NCBI RefSeq assembly: GCF_009914755.1
Contig: NC_060928.1
Origin: the human T2T-CHM13v2.0 reference genome, Homo sapiens
Reading direction: 5' to 3' (one strand)
DNA: 64,000 nucleotides
The notes under the pieces are model-generated. The model saw only the letters and a program-made list of their open reading frames with translations. It was not told where the DNA came from and made no database searches. Made by a program: the position numbers and the translations under genes. Of this stretch, positions 49,731 through 62,753 are shown one piece after another (the stretch's first letter is position 1; each line of letters starts with the position of its first letter).

Positions 49731-51304
49731 ACTTTCTCCCTGCTCACTGACATTCTGGCGTCTTCCCTGAAAACTATGTCCTAGCCTTTCTGCTCTTGTT
49801 TCTGGGCCACCATTAGCTGCTCTATTTCTTCGTGTATAATTTTAATGTGTTCAAAGCATTTACACTGTCCACATGCTTATACCCACAGAGTAAGTAAACA
49901 TCTAGTCTTAGAGCTATTATTTAGGTTTTTGCACAAATTTCTCCCAATGGAAAACAGTGCAGCACACCTCCCTATAATGCTGGAAAGGCAGCTAGGCTCT
50001 AGATTCTCATAGTCAGATATCCGTTATATGCAGCATAATCCACACATGATGCAGATGCAACATTTAGGAGGCTTCTGGTGTCAAAGTGGAACCTCAGGAA
50101 TCCCTCAGGGAAGGCTTCAGGGAACTCTAAAATGTTTAGTGAAAGAAGACAGAACGTTTAGCAGTAGCACACAACTTTGTAAATACTAGTTACAATTATG
50201 GTTGTTTAATCCTGTCAAACGGCAAAGGCTCCAGAGTGTACAGCAAAGGCTACTCATAAGGCATCATCTCCTTCCACCCAGTGTTCAAGTCTCCACTATC
50301 ATACCCATGAAATATGGGTTTTCACCTTATTTGAACGTTTGCAGGAGTAAAGAACTCAGTTTGGTCTCATGTTGATATAATAGTTTTTTGTTGCTGTTGC
50401 CCTAGGTTTTTCAGGACTAGATATCTCAATTTATCCTCTCACTAGGGAGCTTCAAAAAAGAAAACCACATACTTGTATTATGGGGACTATTTTTTCATAT
50501 CCAGGTTTCTGAAAGCTGAATAAATAATCAGAAGGATGACTTCTAAACTTAGAATAATAGAAAATAAAATTACATATTATTATAAAATTTTTCCCTTGAG
50601 TCATGGAAAAAGCCTCATGAATTATCCCTGTCCAATTATAGAGAGAACATTTCTAATAATTGGAATGTACGGAGTCTTTCTCTTCTTCTCTGTAAAAATG
50701 CTGAATAAATTCAATCCAATTTCTCAAATAACCAGTATTTATCAGCCACCAAAACCATTACCTCATGCCAGACAAAATTTTACCAAGGTGACAAAGAATG
50801 TGCTAGTGAGGAGGGGTATTAACACATTGGAAACTCAGTAGTGGTTGTCTTTTGCAGGCTGGGACTAATAGAAGGAGATACTGTTATAAAACTGGGCTAT
50901 CTACTAGTACTAGGAATGATAGGACCTAAATTATCAGAGACTAGGCAGCAGTGCTTAGCTTCAGAAGTAAAGCAAATGGAATTACTTTAAATAGCTGCAA
51001 GTTCAAAAGCGTAGAACTGGGGGTGGGAGCAGGGTGGTGGTGTATGGAGTTGATCCTTAAGAATCTACTGAGGTGGGTCTAAAACATGATTTTTCTAGAA
51101 CAAGATGGACCGACCATCAACAAGAGTACTGTTTAATATATATTCAAAAGAGATCGAGAATGAATGAGCAGAAGACTCCCATCAGCTGTTCCAATGGAAA
51201 ATCATGACCTCTCAGTTTCCAGACTTATACTAGCTCTAAGACCTTGAACATATCAACTAAAGGAGAAACAAGATCTTCATGAGGAAGGATCCTGAAACAC
51301 CACA

Positions 51305-53552
51305 TGTATTAGTCTGTTTTCACACTGCTGATAAAGACATACCAGGGCTGGGAAGAAAAAGAGGTTTTAATGGATTCAGAGTTCCACATGGCTGGGGAGG
51401 CCTCACAATCATGGCAGAAGGTGAAAGGCATGTCTCACATGGTTGCAGACAAGAGAAGAGGGCTTGTGCAGGGAAACTCCCATTTTTAAAACCATCAGAT
51501 CTCGTGAGACTTATTCACCATCATGAGAGCAGCATAGGAAAGACCTGCCCCCATGATTCAATTACCTCCCACTAGGTCCCTCCGACAACACATGGGAAAT
51601 CAAAATGAGAGTTGAGTGGGGACACAGCCAAACCATATCATTCCACAACTGGCTCCTCCCAAATCTCATGTCCTCACATTTCAAAACCAATCATGCCTTC
51701 CCAACAGTCCCCCAAAGTCTTGGCTCATTTCAGCATTAACTCAGAAGTCCACAGTCCGAAGTCTCATCTGAGACAAGGCAAGTCCCTTTCGCTTATGAGC
51801 CTGTAAAATCACAAGCAAGTTAGTTACTTCCTAGATACAATGGGAGTACAGGCATTGGGTAAATAAAGCCATTCCAAACGGGAGAAATTGGCCAAAACAA
51901 AGGGGCTACAATCCCCAAGCAAGTCCAAAATCCAACAGGGTCGTCACATGTTAAAGCTCCAAAATGATCTCCTTTGACTCCATGTCTCACATCGAGGTCA
52001 CACTGATGCAAGAGGTGGGCTCCCATGGTCTTCGGCAGCTCCACCCTTGTGACTTTGCAGGGCATTGCCCCCCATCTGGCTGCTTTCACAGGGTGGTATT
52101 GCCTGTGGCTTTTCCAGGTGCATGGTGCAAGTTGTCGGTGGATCTACCATGCTGGGGTCTGGAGGATGGGAGCCCTCTTCTCACAGCTCCACTAGGTGGT
52201 GCCCCAGTAGGGACTGTATGTGGGACCTTTGACCCCACATTTCCCTTCTTCACTGCCCTAGTAGAGGTTCTCCATTAGAGCTCTGACCCTGCAGCAAACT
52301 TTGGCTTGGGGATGCAAGCATTTCCATAAAGCCTCTGAAATCTAGGTGGAGGTTTCCAAACCTTGATTCTTGACTTCCATGCACCCTCAGCTCAACACCA
52401 CATGGAAGCTGCCAAGGCTTGGGGCTTGTGCCCTCTCAAACCATGGCCTGAGCTGTACCTTGGCCCCTTTTAGTCACAACTGGAGTGGCTGGGATGCAGG
52501 GCACCAAGTCCCAAGGCTGGCTGCACACAGCAGATTGGCCCTGGGCCCAGCCTATGAAACCATTTTGTCTTAGGCCTCTGGGTCTGTGATGGGAGGGGCT
52601 GCCTTGAAGACCTCTGACATGTCCTGGAGGTATTTTCCTCTTCATTGTCTTGGTGATTAACATTTGGCTCCTTGTTACTTGTGCAAATTTCTGCCGCCAG
52701 CTTGAATTTATCCTTAGAAAATGGGATTTTCTTTTCCATCACATTGTCAGGCAGCAATTTTCCAAACTTTTATGCTCTGTTTCTCTTTTAAAATGGAATG
52801 CCTTTAACAGCACCCAAGTTACCTCTTGACTGCTTTGCTTCTTAGAAATTTCTTTTTCTATATATCCTAAATCGTATCTCTCAAGTTCAGAGTTGCACAA
52901 ATCTCTAGGGCAGGGGCAAAATGCCACCAGTCTCTTTGCTAAAACATAACAAGAGTCACCTTTGCTCCAGTTCCCAACATTTCCTCATGTCTAGCTGAGA
53001 CCACTTCAGCGTGGATTTCATTGTCCATATCATTATCAGCATTTTGGTCAAAGCCATTCAGCAAGTCTCTAGTGTGTTCCAAATTTTCCCACATTTTTCT
53101 GTCTTCTGAGCCCTCCAAACTGTTCCAACCTCTGCCTGTTACACAGTTCCAAAGTCGCTTCCACATTTTCAGGTATCTTTTCAGCAGCGCCCCACTCTGC
53201 TGGTACCAATTTACTGTATTAGTAAATTTTTTCATGCTGCTGGTAAAGATATACCTGAGACTGGGAAAAAAAGAGGTTTTAATGGACTTACAGTTCCACG
53301 TGACTGGGGAGGCCTCACAATCATGGCGGAAGGTGAAAGGCACATCTCACATGGTGATAGACAAGAGCAGAAGGCTTGTGCAGAGAATCTTCCCTTTTAT
53401 AAACCATCAGATCTCATGAGACTAATTCACTGTCATAAGAACAGCATGGGAAAGACCTGCCCCCATGATTCAATTACCTCCCACTGGGTCCCTCCCACAA
53501 CATGTGAGAATTCAAGATGAGATTTGGGAGGGAACACAGCCAAACCATATCA
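51305..53552 (-). mobile_element. Complete THE1 (B/C-like) MaLR provirus: LTR 51305-51640, internal 51641-53214, LTR 53215-53552
   Basis: Both LTRs run TGTATTAGT..AAACCATATCA; TSD CCACA/CCATA; internal ORF remnant TGRGWNSLEGSEDRKMWE..DLLNGFDQNADNDMDNE. Confidence 0.95.
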
Positions 53553-54570
53553 CCATAGGATACTGAATACTGAAGTATTTGGAAGTGTTTTCTTCTTTCT
53601 TTCTTAAAAGGACTTACAGTCGTTTACTCAAGTAACCATACACAGGGAAAAGAGCCTGAGCATGGTTCATGAATGGGATGGTATGTAGGTATAAACCAAA
53701 AATGGATTGCTCTTGCACTATAGCTTCTACTCAAGAGTAAACTTGAAATGGCCACGAGAGACTATCCTCCCAAAGGACGGATTTTTTGGGCTATACATCT
53801 ATTCATCTACTTCAAACAGAGTAGTGGTAAGAAAAGTTGCTTTGAATGGTAAGGAAAGTTCCAGTCTCATGGGCAGTAGTGAATGACTTAGCTTGCTGGT
53901 CAGGGACATGAAATGAGCAAGATTCCAAGACCACAGAAAGGCATTCATGGAAAGAAGCAAGTGACGGGACATGGATAAAAGCACAATGTGTTAGGATCTC
54001 TGTGTCACATATTAATATTTATAAGAGATATCCACTGAAGAAGAAACAAGAAATAACAGAGCTACACGAAGATTTAGTCAGCAGATGTCACCCAGTCTCT
54101 CTCATTGGGCACTCCAGTAAATAAAGGAAGCATGGTGGAAGAGATGGAGGCCATGCATGGGTATAAAAGCACAGGCTTCTTCTCACAAAGGCTGACCTAG
54201 CTACTGATGCTTATAAATACCCAACCTGCCAGTAACAAAATGCAATGCTGAATTAGCCATATAATATACTTTCTTAAGGAGACTGATCAGAAACCTGGTG
54301 GCAAGTTGATCACATTAGGGCCTTTACATGCTAGAAAGGGCAATGTTTCATCATGACCTTTACTGACATGTATTTGGACATGAGTTTGTCTTTCTGGCCT
54401 AGTGTGTCATGCTATCACCCTCCAAAGACTCACAGAGTATCTCAGAAATTGACAGGGGATCCCTTATAATACAGTGAAACAGAGAACTCATTCTATGGCA
54501 AAAGAAGCATGGCAATAGGCAAATGACTATAAGTTCATGGGTTCTGTCATATATACCACATCATTGAGAA

Positions 54571-54793
54571 CAGGGATGTCCAATCTTTTGGCTTCCCTAG
54601 GCCACATTGGAAGAGGAAGGATTGTCTTGGGCCACAGATAAAATACACTAACACTAATGATAGCTGATGGCCTAAAAAAAAATTGCAAAAAAATTCTCTA
54701 ATGTTTTAAGAGAGCTTATGAATTTGTGTTGGGCCACATTCAAAGCCATCCTAGGCCACATGCAGCCCATGGGCTGCGGGTCAGACAAGCTTG
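54571..54793. mobile_element. MER30 hAT DNA transposon
   Basis: CAGGGATGTCCAATCTTTTGGCTTCCCT..GGCCACATTGGAAGAG..GACAAGCTTG; degenerate 8-bp TSD ATTGAGAA/ATCAAGAA. Confidence 0.9.
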
Positions 54794-55589
54794 ATCAAGA
54801 AGCTGCCATCCTGATAGAGTGCTAGAATGGTCTCCTGAAGGCCTAGCAGAGGCACAAGGATGGGGTAGTATTCTTTGAGCTGTGATATATACCTTAAACC
54901 AAGCCCTTATATTGTGTCATTTACCCAATACATAGAATGTATGGGTAGAGGAAACAAGGAGTGGAAGTAGAAGTGGTCCTGCTTACTATCCATTCCACTT
55001 ACCCACTTGGGGAATTTGTGCTTCCTGTCTCTTCAACTTTTGGCTCTGTAGATCTAGAATTCTTGGTTCTAAGAGGGGAAATGCTTCCATCAAAGGGCCC
55101 TTACTGAGCTCCACTGAACTTTAGGTGTAGTTACCATCTTAATATTTTGGGCTGTTCATGCCAGTAAACTGGTAAGAAAATAAAAATTAATACCTCTGCC
55201 AGAAAGAATTGATCCTGATCATCTTGAGGAAGTAGGACTGACATTACATAATAATAACAGGAAGGAATATATTTGATGCTCAGGTCATCCACTGAAGCAT
55301 CTTTTGATGATCCCATGCCCAGTTATGATCTGAAAAGGTAACCAGAGCTCAGAACCCTCAGTGCTGAAGGTCAAACGACCAGGCACACCACATAGACCAA
55401 CATGATGAGGAAGATGATGAGTATCAATCTTGGATTCAGGACAAACTTTGCAGTGAGAATGATAGTTTTCCTTCTTTTTATTCTATAAGTTTTCCCAGAA
55501 ATTGTGACTAACCAGAAAATCTGAAGAAGCTGTGCCTGGATTTAGTAAACTTAATTAGGAAGCAAGTGGATCTGAGTGTTTGGTGGATT

Positions 55590-55900
55590 ACAGTAAATGT
55601 TCTTGGTGACACACTTCAATAGCCACTGCTCCCATCCCACAGCTGCTGTGAGTGTTGGCTAATAACAACTCGCAGCTCTCAGGGAATACTCTATTCAGGG
55701 AATAGTGTTTGGTAAAACAGGAGCTAAGATATCCTCTATCTATGTTCCACATGAGTGAGGGCAGATCTTGGCCAATGATTGACTGATATTGATTTAATAA
55801 ATTAGCTTTGTCAATTTGCACAAGTCAGGCTGAGGTCTTGCATTGAAATGTCATTCATCAGGACTATGGCCCCCAAACCTGCAGGAGCCTGCTAGTTTTC
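55590..55900 (+). mobile_element. LTR16-like LTR (3' LTR of the ERVL remnant)
   Basis: Follows GGTGGAT polypurine-tract remnant; CAGCTGCTGTGAGTGTTGGCT..CAGCTCTCAGGGAA..GCCAATGATTGACTG. Confidence 0.65.
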
Positions 55901-56011
55901 TTCCTTTAGTACTATTCTCCTCAAGTTCATCTTGTATATTATGTGACATGGATCTCTCTAAGCTGCATTTTTACCATGTCACTTTTCTCTTTAGGAACCT
56001 ATAATTTTTTT

Positions 56012-56369
56012 TGTGGTGATCTGAATTATGTACACCGAAACTTTATACGTTGAAGTCCTAATCACACAGTACCTTAGAATGTGACTGTATTGGGAGGTAT
56101 GCCCACTAAAGAGATAATTAAGATTAAACAAGGTCATATGAGTGGGCCCTGATCCAATATAACTAGGATCCTTCTAAGAAGAGGAAGAGATACCAGAGAT
56201 GAGCCTGTACAGAAGGAAGCCATCTGAAAGCCAAGGAAAGGAAAAACCAAACCTGCCAACACCTTAATCTTAGACTTTTAGCTTTCATAAGTGTGAGAAT
56301 AAATTACTATTGTTTAAGCCCCCTCAGTCTGTGGTATCTTGTTATGGCAGCCCTAGCAAAATAATGTAG
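56012..56369 (+). mobile_element. MLT1A/MLT1B LTR
   Basis: GTTGAAGTCCTAA..CAGTACCTTAGAATGTGACTGTATT..GTGGGCCCTGATCCAATA..TTGTTATGGCAGCCCTAGCAAA. Confidence 0.85.
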
Positions 56370-56414
56370 TTATTTAATGCCCACCACATTAAGACTGCTT
56401 ATTATTACAGGTCA

Positions 56415-56780
56415 GTTTAATAAATATTAATTGAGTATAGTCACTGTGTCAAAGACTAAAGACACAAAAATCAATAAGAAATGGTACTTACCTTCAAATT
56501 CTCATAGTTTGCCAGGTGAACAAATGAACTAATTACATCTTAGAAGAGAACCATACTTTGTCAATATTTGTATTACCTCAGCTCATAGAAAACAATTATA
56601 TCTGAAGAAATTAGGAAAGGCCTCAAAAGGGGGATGACAATTGAACCTGGTCTGAAAAAATGTAAGAATAAAAGTTTATCTTAAGTAGTAGACAGTGTTG
56701 AGAGGTCTTTACATAAAAAGATTAGCATGAACCTGGGTACAAATGAAAGGGGATGCATAGAGTTTCCTGAATTACTGGAG
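56415..56780 (-). mobile_element. L2 fragment
   Basis: AATATTAATTGAG..GACACAAAAATCAATAAGA..AGGAAAGGCCTC..GATGACAATTGAAC. Confidence 0.55.
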
Positions 56781-56973
56781 CAATAGCGTGCTCTTTCTTA
56801 TAGAGGCAACCTGATTGTGCTGCATGAAAGTTATTTGTGAGGTGTGAGATGAGTAACTTCTTACTAATAATATTAGCATGCTAAGGTTTGTGAATGATTC
56901 ACTCATTGAAATAAAAAGGATTCAAAGCTCTCTCTCAAATAATGTCAGTACCTAATGGAGTTCTGATATCTTT

Positions 56974-57700
56974 TGTATAGTAGACTTTGGCCTTGCCCAA
57001 AGTGAAGTCAAGCCTTTGTCCCTGGTTCTTAAAAGATAACCTCCAAACCATTGGAATTTCCTGAGTGATAGGAGTATCTTTATTTTTCTTGATGGGCCCC
57101 TTAGACCACACTTGGTAGATTATGCTAATGAGGTAACTCATGGTAGTCTCCTTGGATCACATGATATCAGCCCAACCTCTAGAGAAGGGGGAGTAAAGAC
57201 TGAGCTCAATCATGTGGCAGCTTATTCAATCACTCATTGCTAAATTATGAAGCTCGAATAAAATTTCTGGACTCACAGGTGAGCTTTCCAAGTTGGTAAT
57301 ACTCTCTGTATATTATCACAGGTCAGTGCTGGGAGGGTAGTGCATTCTGTTCAATAAAAACTTTGCATTTGAAATCCTCCCAGACTCTTCCCTATTAGTC
57401 TCCTCCACTGGCTGGCTCTAGTGTGTATCCTATCCTTGTAATAAGCCATAACTGTGAATGTAATAAGATCAAATGAGTTCTGTGAGTCTTTAAAGCAAAT
57501 TTTCAAATCTGAGGGTATTTTAAGAAAACCCCTGAACATCAGTTGGTGTCAGAATTAAGGCTGTTCTTGTGTGGAATCTTGCTTCTAGTTTTGTAGTTGA
57601 ACTCTAATTCCTTGCAGTTGGTGTCAGAAGTTGTGGGCAGACTTGGCCATCTGGAGGCTTATACCTTTAACTTCACAGTATGGCTAACTGTGTGTACTTT
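56974..57700 (+). mobile_element. MER21C-like LTR
   Basis: TTGGCCTTGCCCAAAG..GGAATTTCCTGAGTGATAGGAGTATCTT..TATGCTAATGAGGT..repeated AGTTGGTGTCAGAA. Confidence 0.75.
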
Positions 57701-58194
57701 CTTGTTGAGAATAGAAAAGAGTAAATCAGGGTGTACCAACTGATAATTCTGCATAACTCTGGGTCATGCATGAAAATGCCATCCATCCTGATTGTCCTGC
57801 TGAAGAAGGATGTGTATGGGTAAATGTGGTAGAAGATGGGGTTACCAAAGTAGGCATTGTCTAAATCAGTAATTTTTTTATATTATAGTATTCAAAAGGG
57901 ACAGTCACATACTCTAGTTACAATCTATAATCTAGAAAAAACTCTATTGGTTTACTGCAAATACAGTATTTGAGAGAGTCCTATTGTTCTTTCTAGCTAT
58001 TAGGTTTTAGCTTCTTGTTTAGTAAATGACTCTCAGTTTTTTTTAATGTGTGGAAACAGAATAAAGTAAGGCATAATTCGGACAATTATGAAGTTTAAAT
58101 GGAAAATGCACAACATAGAAAAGTGATTTGTAAATCTTAAAATGTCACTGATGTTAGTAAATAAGAGAGGTTTTATTCCTTTTTTCCCATCAAA

Positions 58195-58701
58195 CAGTCA
58201 GAGTTCTCCAGAGAAACAGAATCAATAGGATATATACAGATATATGGAAAGACATTTATTATGAGGGATTGGCTTACACAATTATGGAGGCTGAGAACTC
58301 CCACGATGTTCCATCTGCAAGATGAAGTCCCAAGAAAGCCAATGGTATATTTCCAAGTCCAAGCCTGAAGGCTTGAAAGCCAGGAGGGCCAATGGTGTAA
58401 GTCTTAGTCTGAGTCCGAAGGCCCACGAATGCCTATGACTAAAGGTTGGAGAAAATGTCTGTTCCAGCTCAAGCAAGAGAGCAGATTCAACTTGCCTCCA
58501 CTCTTTTGCTCAATTCAGGTCCTCAGTGGATTGAATGATGCCCACCTGCACTGGTGAATGCAGAACTTCCTTACTCAGTCAACTGATTCAAATGCTAAAA
58601 TATCTTCTGGAAACCATCACAGACATAGCCAGAAATAATGAATTATTAGCTATGTGGCCATCCCTTACCCCAGTCATGCTGACAGAAAATTAACAATCAC
58701 A
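58195..58701 (-). mobile_element. MLT2B-like LTR (HERV-L)
   Basis: AGTCAGAGTTCTCCAGAGAAACAGAATCAATAGGA..ATTATGGAGGCTGAGAA..AAATTAACAATCACA. Confidence 0.85.
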
Positions 58702-60317
58702 AGTTATCTGACTCAAACACTTATTTAGCCTCTTCATACTTAGTTTTCTTGTCTGTAAAACTATGAGACCACTTCCACCCCTCTGAGTTCATCCTAAAAG
58801 AGATACTTTTATTATAATCTTTCACTTAGATTTCAAAATTCTGATTTTTTTAAAATAACTTTTTTCAAAGACTAATATTCCTAATAGAAAGGAACAATGA
58901 TGACACAAAATTGATCATGAGGTTTATAGCTGTCTTGTTTGCCAAAACAAATATAATTCTGACCAAAAATATGCTCAATGGTGGGAGATATATGTTGCCT
59001 AAGGAGGGAAAAGTAATATTAAACATTTGACAAGCAAGAACTTTCCAATTAACTATTAGTGAAAATGTTAATTAACAAATTATATTTATATAATAATTAT
59101 ATAATTTCACACATCATTGGTTGTATTTTAAACAAATGGAAGTAATGACACTGATAGAACTTCAGTTCTGTTTCCTTAATTTCTTCATGGGAGCCAAATT
59201 GTTGCATTTTCAGGGGAATACAGGTTGTGTTTAGAGTCTGCAACTGATGATCAGTTATTCTGAGAACAATATAAATTCATATTTTCACTTAGCAATTCTT
59301 GCATTTATTGTAACTAGTTACTCTTTTGTGAGTCTTTTGCTAGTCTCTACCAAGATACCTATTCTCTATGCATGGTACAGAAGCAGCTGAAGTTGGAACT
59401 GAATGGACTATATCAGCATGATAAACTGTAAGAAGAGATACTACACTGGAAGGCTGCCTCTCTAAACGTCCAATACCTTGTCACTGTGTATGATTCTGGA
59501 AGTTTGATAATCATAGAGAAGCCTCGGTTTTACTCTACTAAGGATTAAGTACCCCACCAGAGCAGCAGGATTGGGATTTTTGGAAATACCTGAAAAAGCA
59601 GGAAATGCAGTATTTCTAGTTCATCTGGGTCTATACACCGTATACAAAATAAAAGTGCCCAACTTCAACAATTTCAGAATTAAATGACTGAAACAGATTG
59701 TTTAAATTATAGCTAACTATTACCAGAGAGATTATGAAACTGCGAACATGATAATTAATCAGTGAATTTAAAACTCTCAACATTTGTCTAGACCAAATTC
59801 CTTTTTAAGAAAACCTCATCGACTAATTTCAACATTTTCTGTTTTTTTTTTTCTTTCTAGTATTATCTTCTGATATATACTGAATTGTAAAACTATCAAA
59901 ATGTGGGCAGCAGAAGGAGAAAGGTGAAAAAGTCAAAGACCCAGAGAATGAATGATCTAGATTGCTCCTGTGCAAATGAAGATTATATTATTTTTGTGCT
60001 TTCATTTTCCATATGTAGACGAACATTGATATATTTCTTATAGATTTATATTTTTATCATTCACTTAATTTAAAAATTGTGTTTTATGCATTTTCTTAAT
60101 GTTTTTACAAATACATACTTGCCAACTATTTTTCAGAAAACATCAGGCAGTTATAGCCAGTCTGCCAATCCTATGACCTAGAAAATTTCTGCTTTTTTAG
60201 CTTGAAGTTTCAAAGAAAAAAAGATTAAAATAGAAAGTGAATTTTCAAACTGGTATGAATACTAATCTGAGATGACCTGTCTCTCCTTTTTTCTTTCTAG
60301 ACTATTAATGCCTCACC

Positions 60318-60346
<29 letters not shown>
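60318..60346. repeat. Poly(A)29 tract
   Basis: 29 consecutive A. Confidence 0.95.
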
Positions 60347-60350
<4 letters not shown>

Positions 60351-60354
60351 GGTC

Positions 60355-60850
60355 CTTTATTGTTTATTGAATCTCAGCTAATTACCAGACACTATACTAT
60401 GCTCTGAGAATAAAAAGTTGGAATAAACAGCATGTCAGATCTCAAAGAACTCAAGTCTAGGGAGTAGGCAAAACCATATAAACACCTAATTGTATAGACC
60501 TAGAACAGTCTGGTAAGTGGTAAAATGGAAACATGTTCAATGTGCTGGGGGATCCCAGAAGGGGGCAAATTTAGATGGCAAAGAGGCATCAGGAATTGAT
60601 TCACAAAGAGGTTGTTGTCAGGGTTGGTCCTTGGAAAACATATTGTGAATATTCAGTTGTGGGTGGGAGGGGAAAACATTCCAGGTATAAGAACTTGCAT
60701 AAGCAAAAGGGCAAAGACATGGATCTAAAGATGTGCATGTCTGGGGATGTTGAAGAAACAGGACATTTATGTGGGACAGAGAAAGCAGGCGAGCAAGGCA
60801 GATGGAATGAGGCAAGACAAGCCTGGAAAGGCAAGAGATTTGGTCCACAA
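60355..60850 (-). mobile_element. L2 fragment
   Basis: TGTTTATTGAA..CCAGACACTATACTATGCTCTGAGAATA..CTCAAAGAACTCAAGTCTAG..CATTCCAGGTA..GCAAAGACATGG. Confidence 0.7.
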
Positions 60851-61316
60851 TTATGATTCATTTTTATTTCTTACTGTATGTTTCCACATTTTGGAGCAGT
60901 TGAAAAATTCTAGGTAAAGAGGAAAACCTAGTTTAAAATTCTTTAAACTAACCCTCACTTGTTCAATGGTGTTTTAAGAAGTCTAGAAAGACAGATACTA
61001 AATTTTCCATAGGTCTTCTTTAGTAATGATGTGGAAAAGCATGATATACTTGCAGCCTGGCTGCTGCTAAAAATGACTAAGTCATTTATAAAATCTTATC
61101 AATGTTTGTTTTGATATGGCTTCTCCATTTCCGATGTTACCTAACACACATTTCCATCTTCATAATCCAAGCCATTCTTGTTTCAAATACTATAACTAAG
61201 ACAACTTTGTAAAGAATTTCCTGATATGTAAATCTCTTTCCTTTCTATCTACAGCTACTAAAACTGTAAAAAAAAAAAAAAATCTTCCTCATGTGTGTCT
61301 TATATCAGAAACTTGC

Positions 61317-61318
<2 letters not shown>

Positions 61319-61352
<34 letters not shown>
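61319..61352. repeat. (CA)17 microsatellite
   Basis: Perfect CA run. Confidence 0.97.
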
Positions 61353-61356
<4 letters not shown>

Positions 61357-61394
61357 ACCACACCATATTTTTTAAGTTTTAAAATCTCTTTATA

Positions 61395-61540
61395 GTTTTA
61401 TTACTCATGTATTTATCTGTCTCACCACTAAGCTGTAAGCTCTGTGAAGACCTGGGTCTTTTCTTATACTGAAGTCTGCTCCAAGGTTCCTAGAACACTA
61501 CTGAACAGACACGGCACTCAGAATGTGTGCTGACTGACTC
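61395..61540 (+). mobile_element. L2 3' end
   Basis: TCTGTCTCACCACTAAGCTGTAAGCTCTGTGAAG..CCTAGAACAC..GGCACTCA..GCTGACTGACT. Confidence 0.7.
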
Positions 61541-62419
61541 TTGCATCCTTGCCCATTTTTCCTGGCTTTTTTTTTTTTGCTTATTTTAACAGGTGAATAC
61601 AGACAAAGATAAGTAGATTTAATATAAAAGTTTGTTCATGTACCTTTGCTTTTTGCTTTGTTGTTGTTTTGTTGTTTCATCTATGAGTAAACATACTTAA
61701 AAATAGAGGCTGAAAGAGATGTGCAGTTAAGAGTATAAAAACTGTAAAATTCTGAGTTTCTATTCCTCTGTCTGGATAAAGTCAAATAACATTACTTTAC
61801 TTATTTATGTACATACTAACTTGAAGTTCACATAAAGGAACAAAGTATCAGTCTTCACAGTCTCACAGAGACTTGAAAACTTAAAGGAATTCCCAACAAC
61901 ACTCAGCAAATTTGCCGTGCTTGGCCTGGTTTGGAATGTTACTAAGTGCTTTACCCTTTCCAAGTGCTTTGCAATAATTTATAAATCACTTTTCAAAAAA
62001 TCCTGAGGGGGAGGGAAAAAGTATTATGGCTATTTTTTTTAAAAAAATAGCAAAATATAAAAGAAAAAAGGAAGAAAGAGAAGGAAACTTCCATTCTGAG
62101 GGCTCACTACCTTCTTTCATTTTCATTTCTCTGGCTTTAGATTCCCACATGGTTCATGACTTTCCAGAATACCAGGGCATATTGACATACAAACCATGAA
62201 CAAGGAAGGAAAAATCACAAACTTGTCTCCCATTGCTCAGAGTGGCACAGGTTTTAAAGTGGCACACCCATCATAGGTTTCTCTATTCTGTTTCTTCTCC
62301 CTAAATCGCAGGAGCTTAGAGGCTTGGGTTCCCAGGACTATGGAGTCTACTAATCTGGCCTCTTTCTACTCTCCAAATTGAGACCTCTCACCTCTTTTTA
62401 TTTTCTGGAAAAATAGTAC

Positions 62420-62753
62420 TGTTCTATTTTGTTTGTCCTGCTATAACAAAATACCTGAGACTGAGAATTTACTAGGAGCAAAAATTTATTTCTTACCATT
62501 CTAGAGGCTTAGTTCAAGACCAAGGAGTTGGCAGTTGGTATCTGATGGGGGCCTTCCTGCTTACTCCTCTCATGGTGGAAGGCAGAAGAGAGTGAACCCA
62601 CGCCCTCAAGCTCATTTATAAAGGCCTTCATCCCATCCATGAGGGCTCTGCCCTCAGGAATTAATCACTTTCTAAAGGCCCCATCTCTTAATACTACCAC
62701 ATTGGCAATTGTTTCAACATATGAATTTTGGGGGACACATTCAGTTCATAGCA
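62420..62753 (-). mobile_element. MST (MSTB/MSTD-like) MaLR LTR
   Basis: CTGCTATAACAAAATACCTGAGACTG..TTTATTTCTTAC..TAAAGGCCCCATCTCTTAATAC..GGGGGACACATTCA..CATAGCA. Confidence 0.8.

Larger units (their letters stand above)
50760..55589 (+). mobile_element. Decayed ERVL-class internal region (HERV16/ERV3-16A3-like): gag, RNase H and integrase remnants
   Basis: CTCAGTTTCCAGACTT..GAGGAAGGATCCTG gag remnant; integrase remnant CTCACAAAGGCTGACCTAGCTACT..CCAACCTGCCAG..ACCTGGTGGCAAGTTGATCACATT (LTKADLAT..PTCQ..TWWQVDHI) at ~54180-54320; followed by LTR16. Confidence 0.75.

Noticed and set aside
51279-53520. Cluster of 60-134 aa ORFs
   Set aside because: Fragments and alternative frames of the THE1 LTRs and broken internal ORF.
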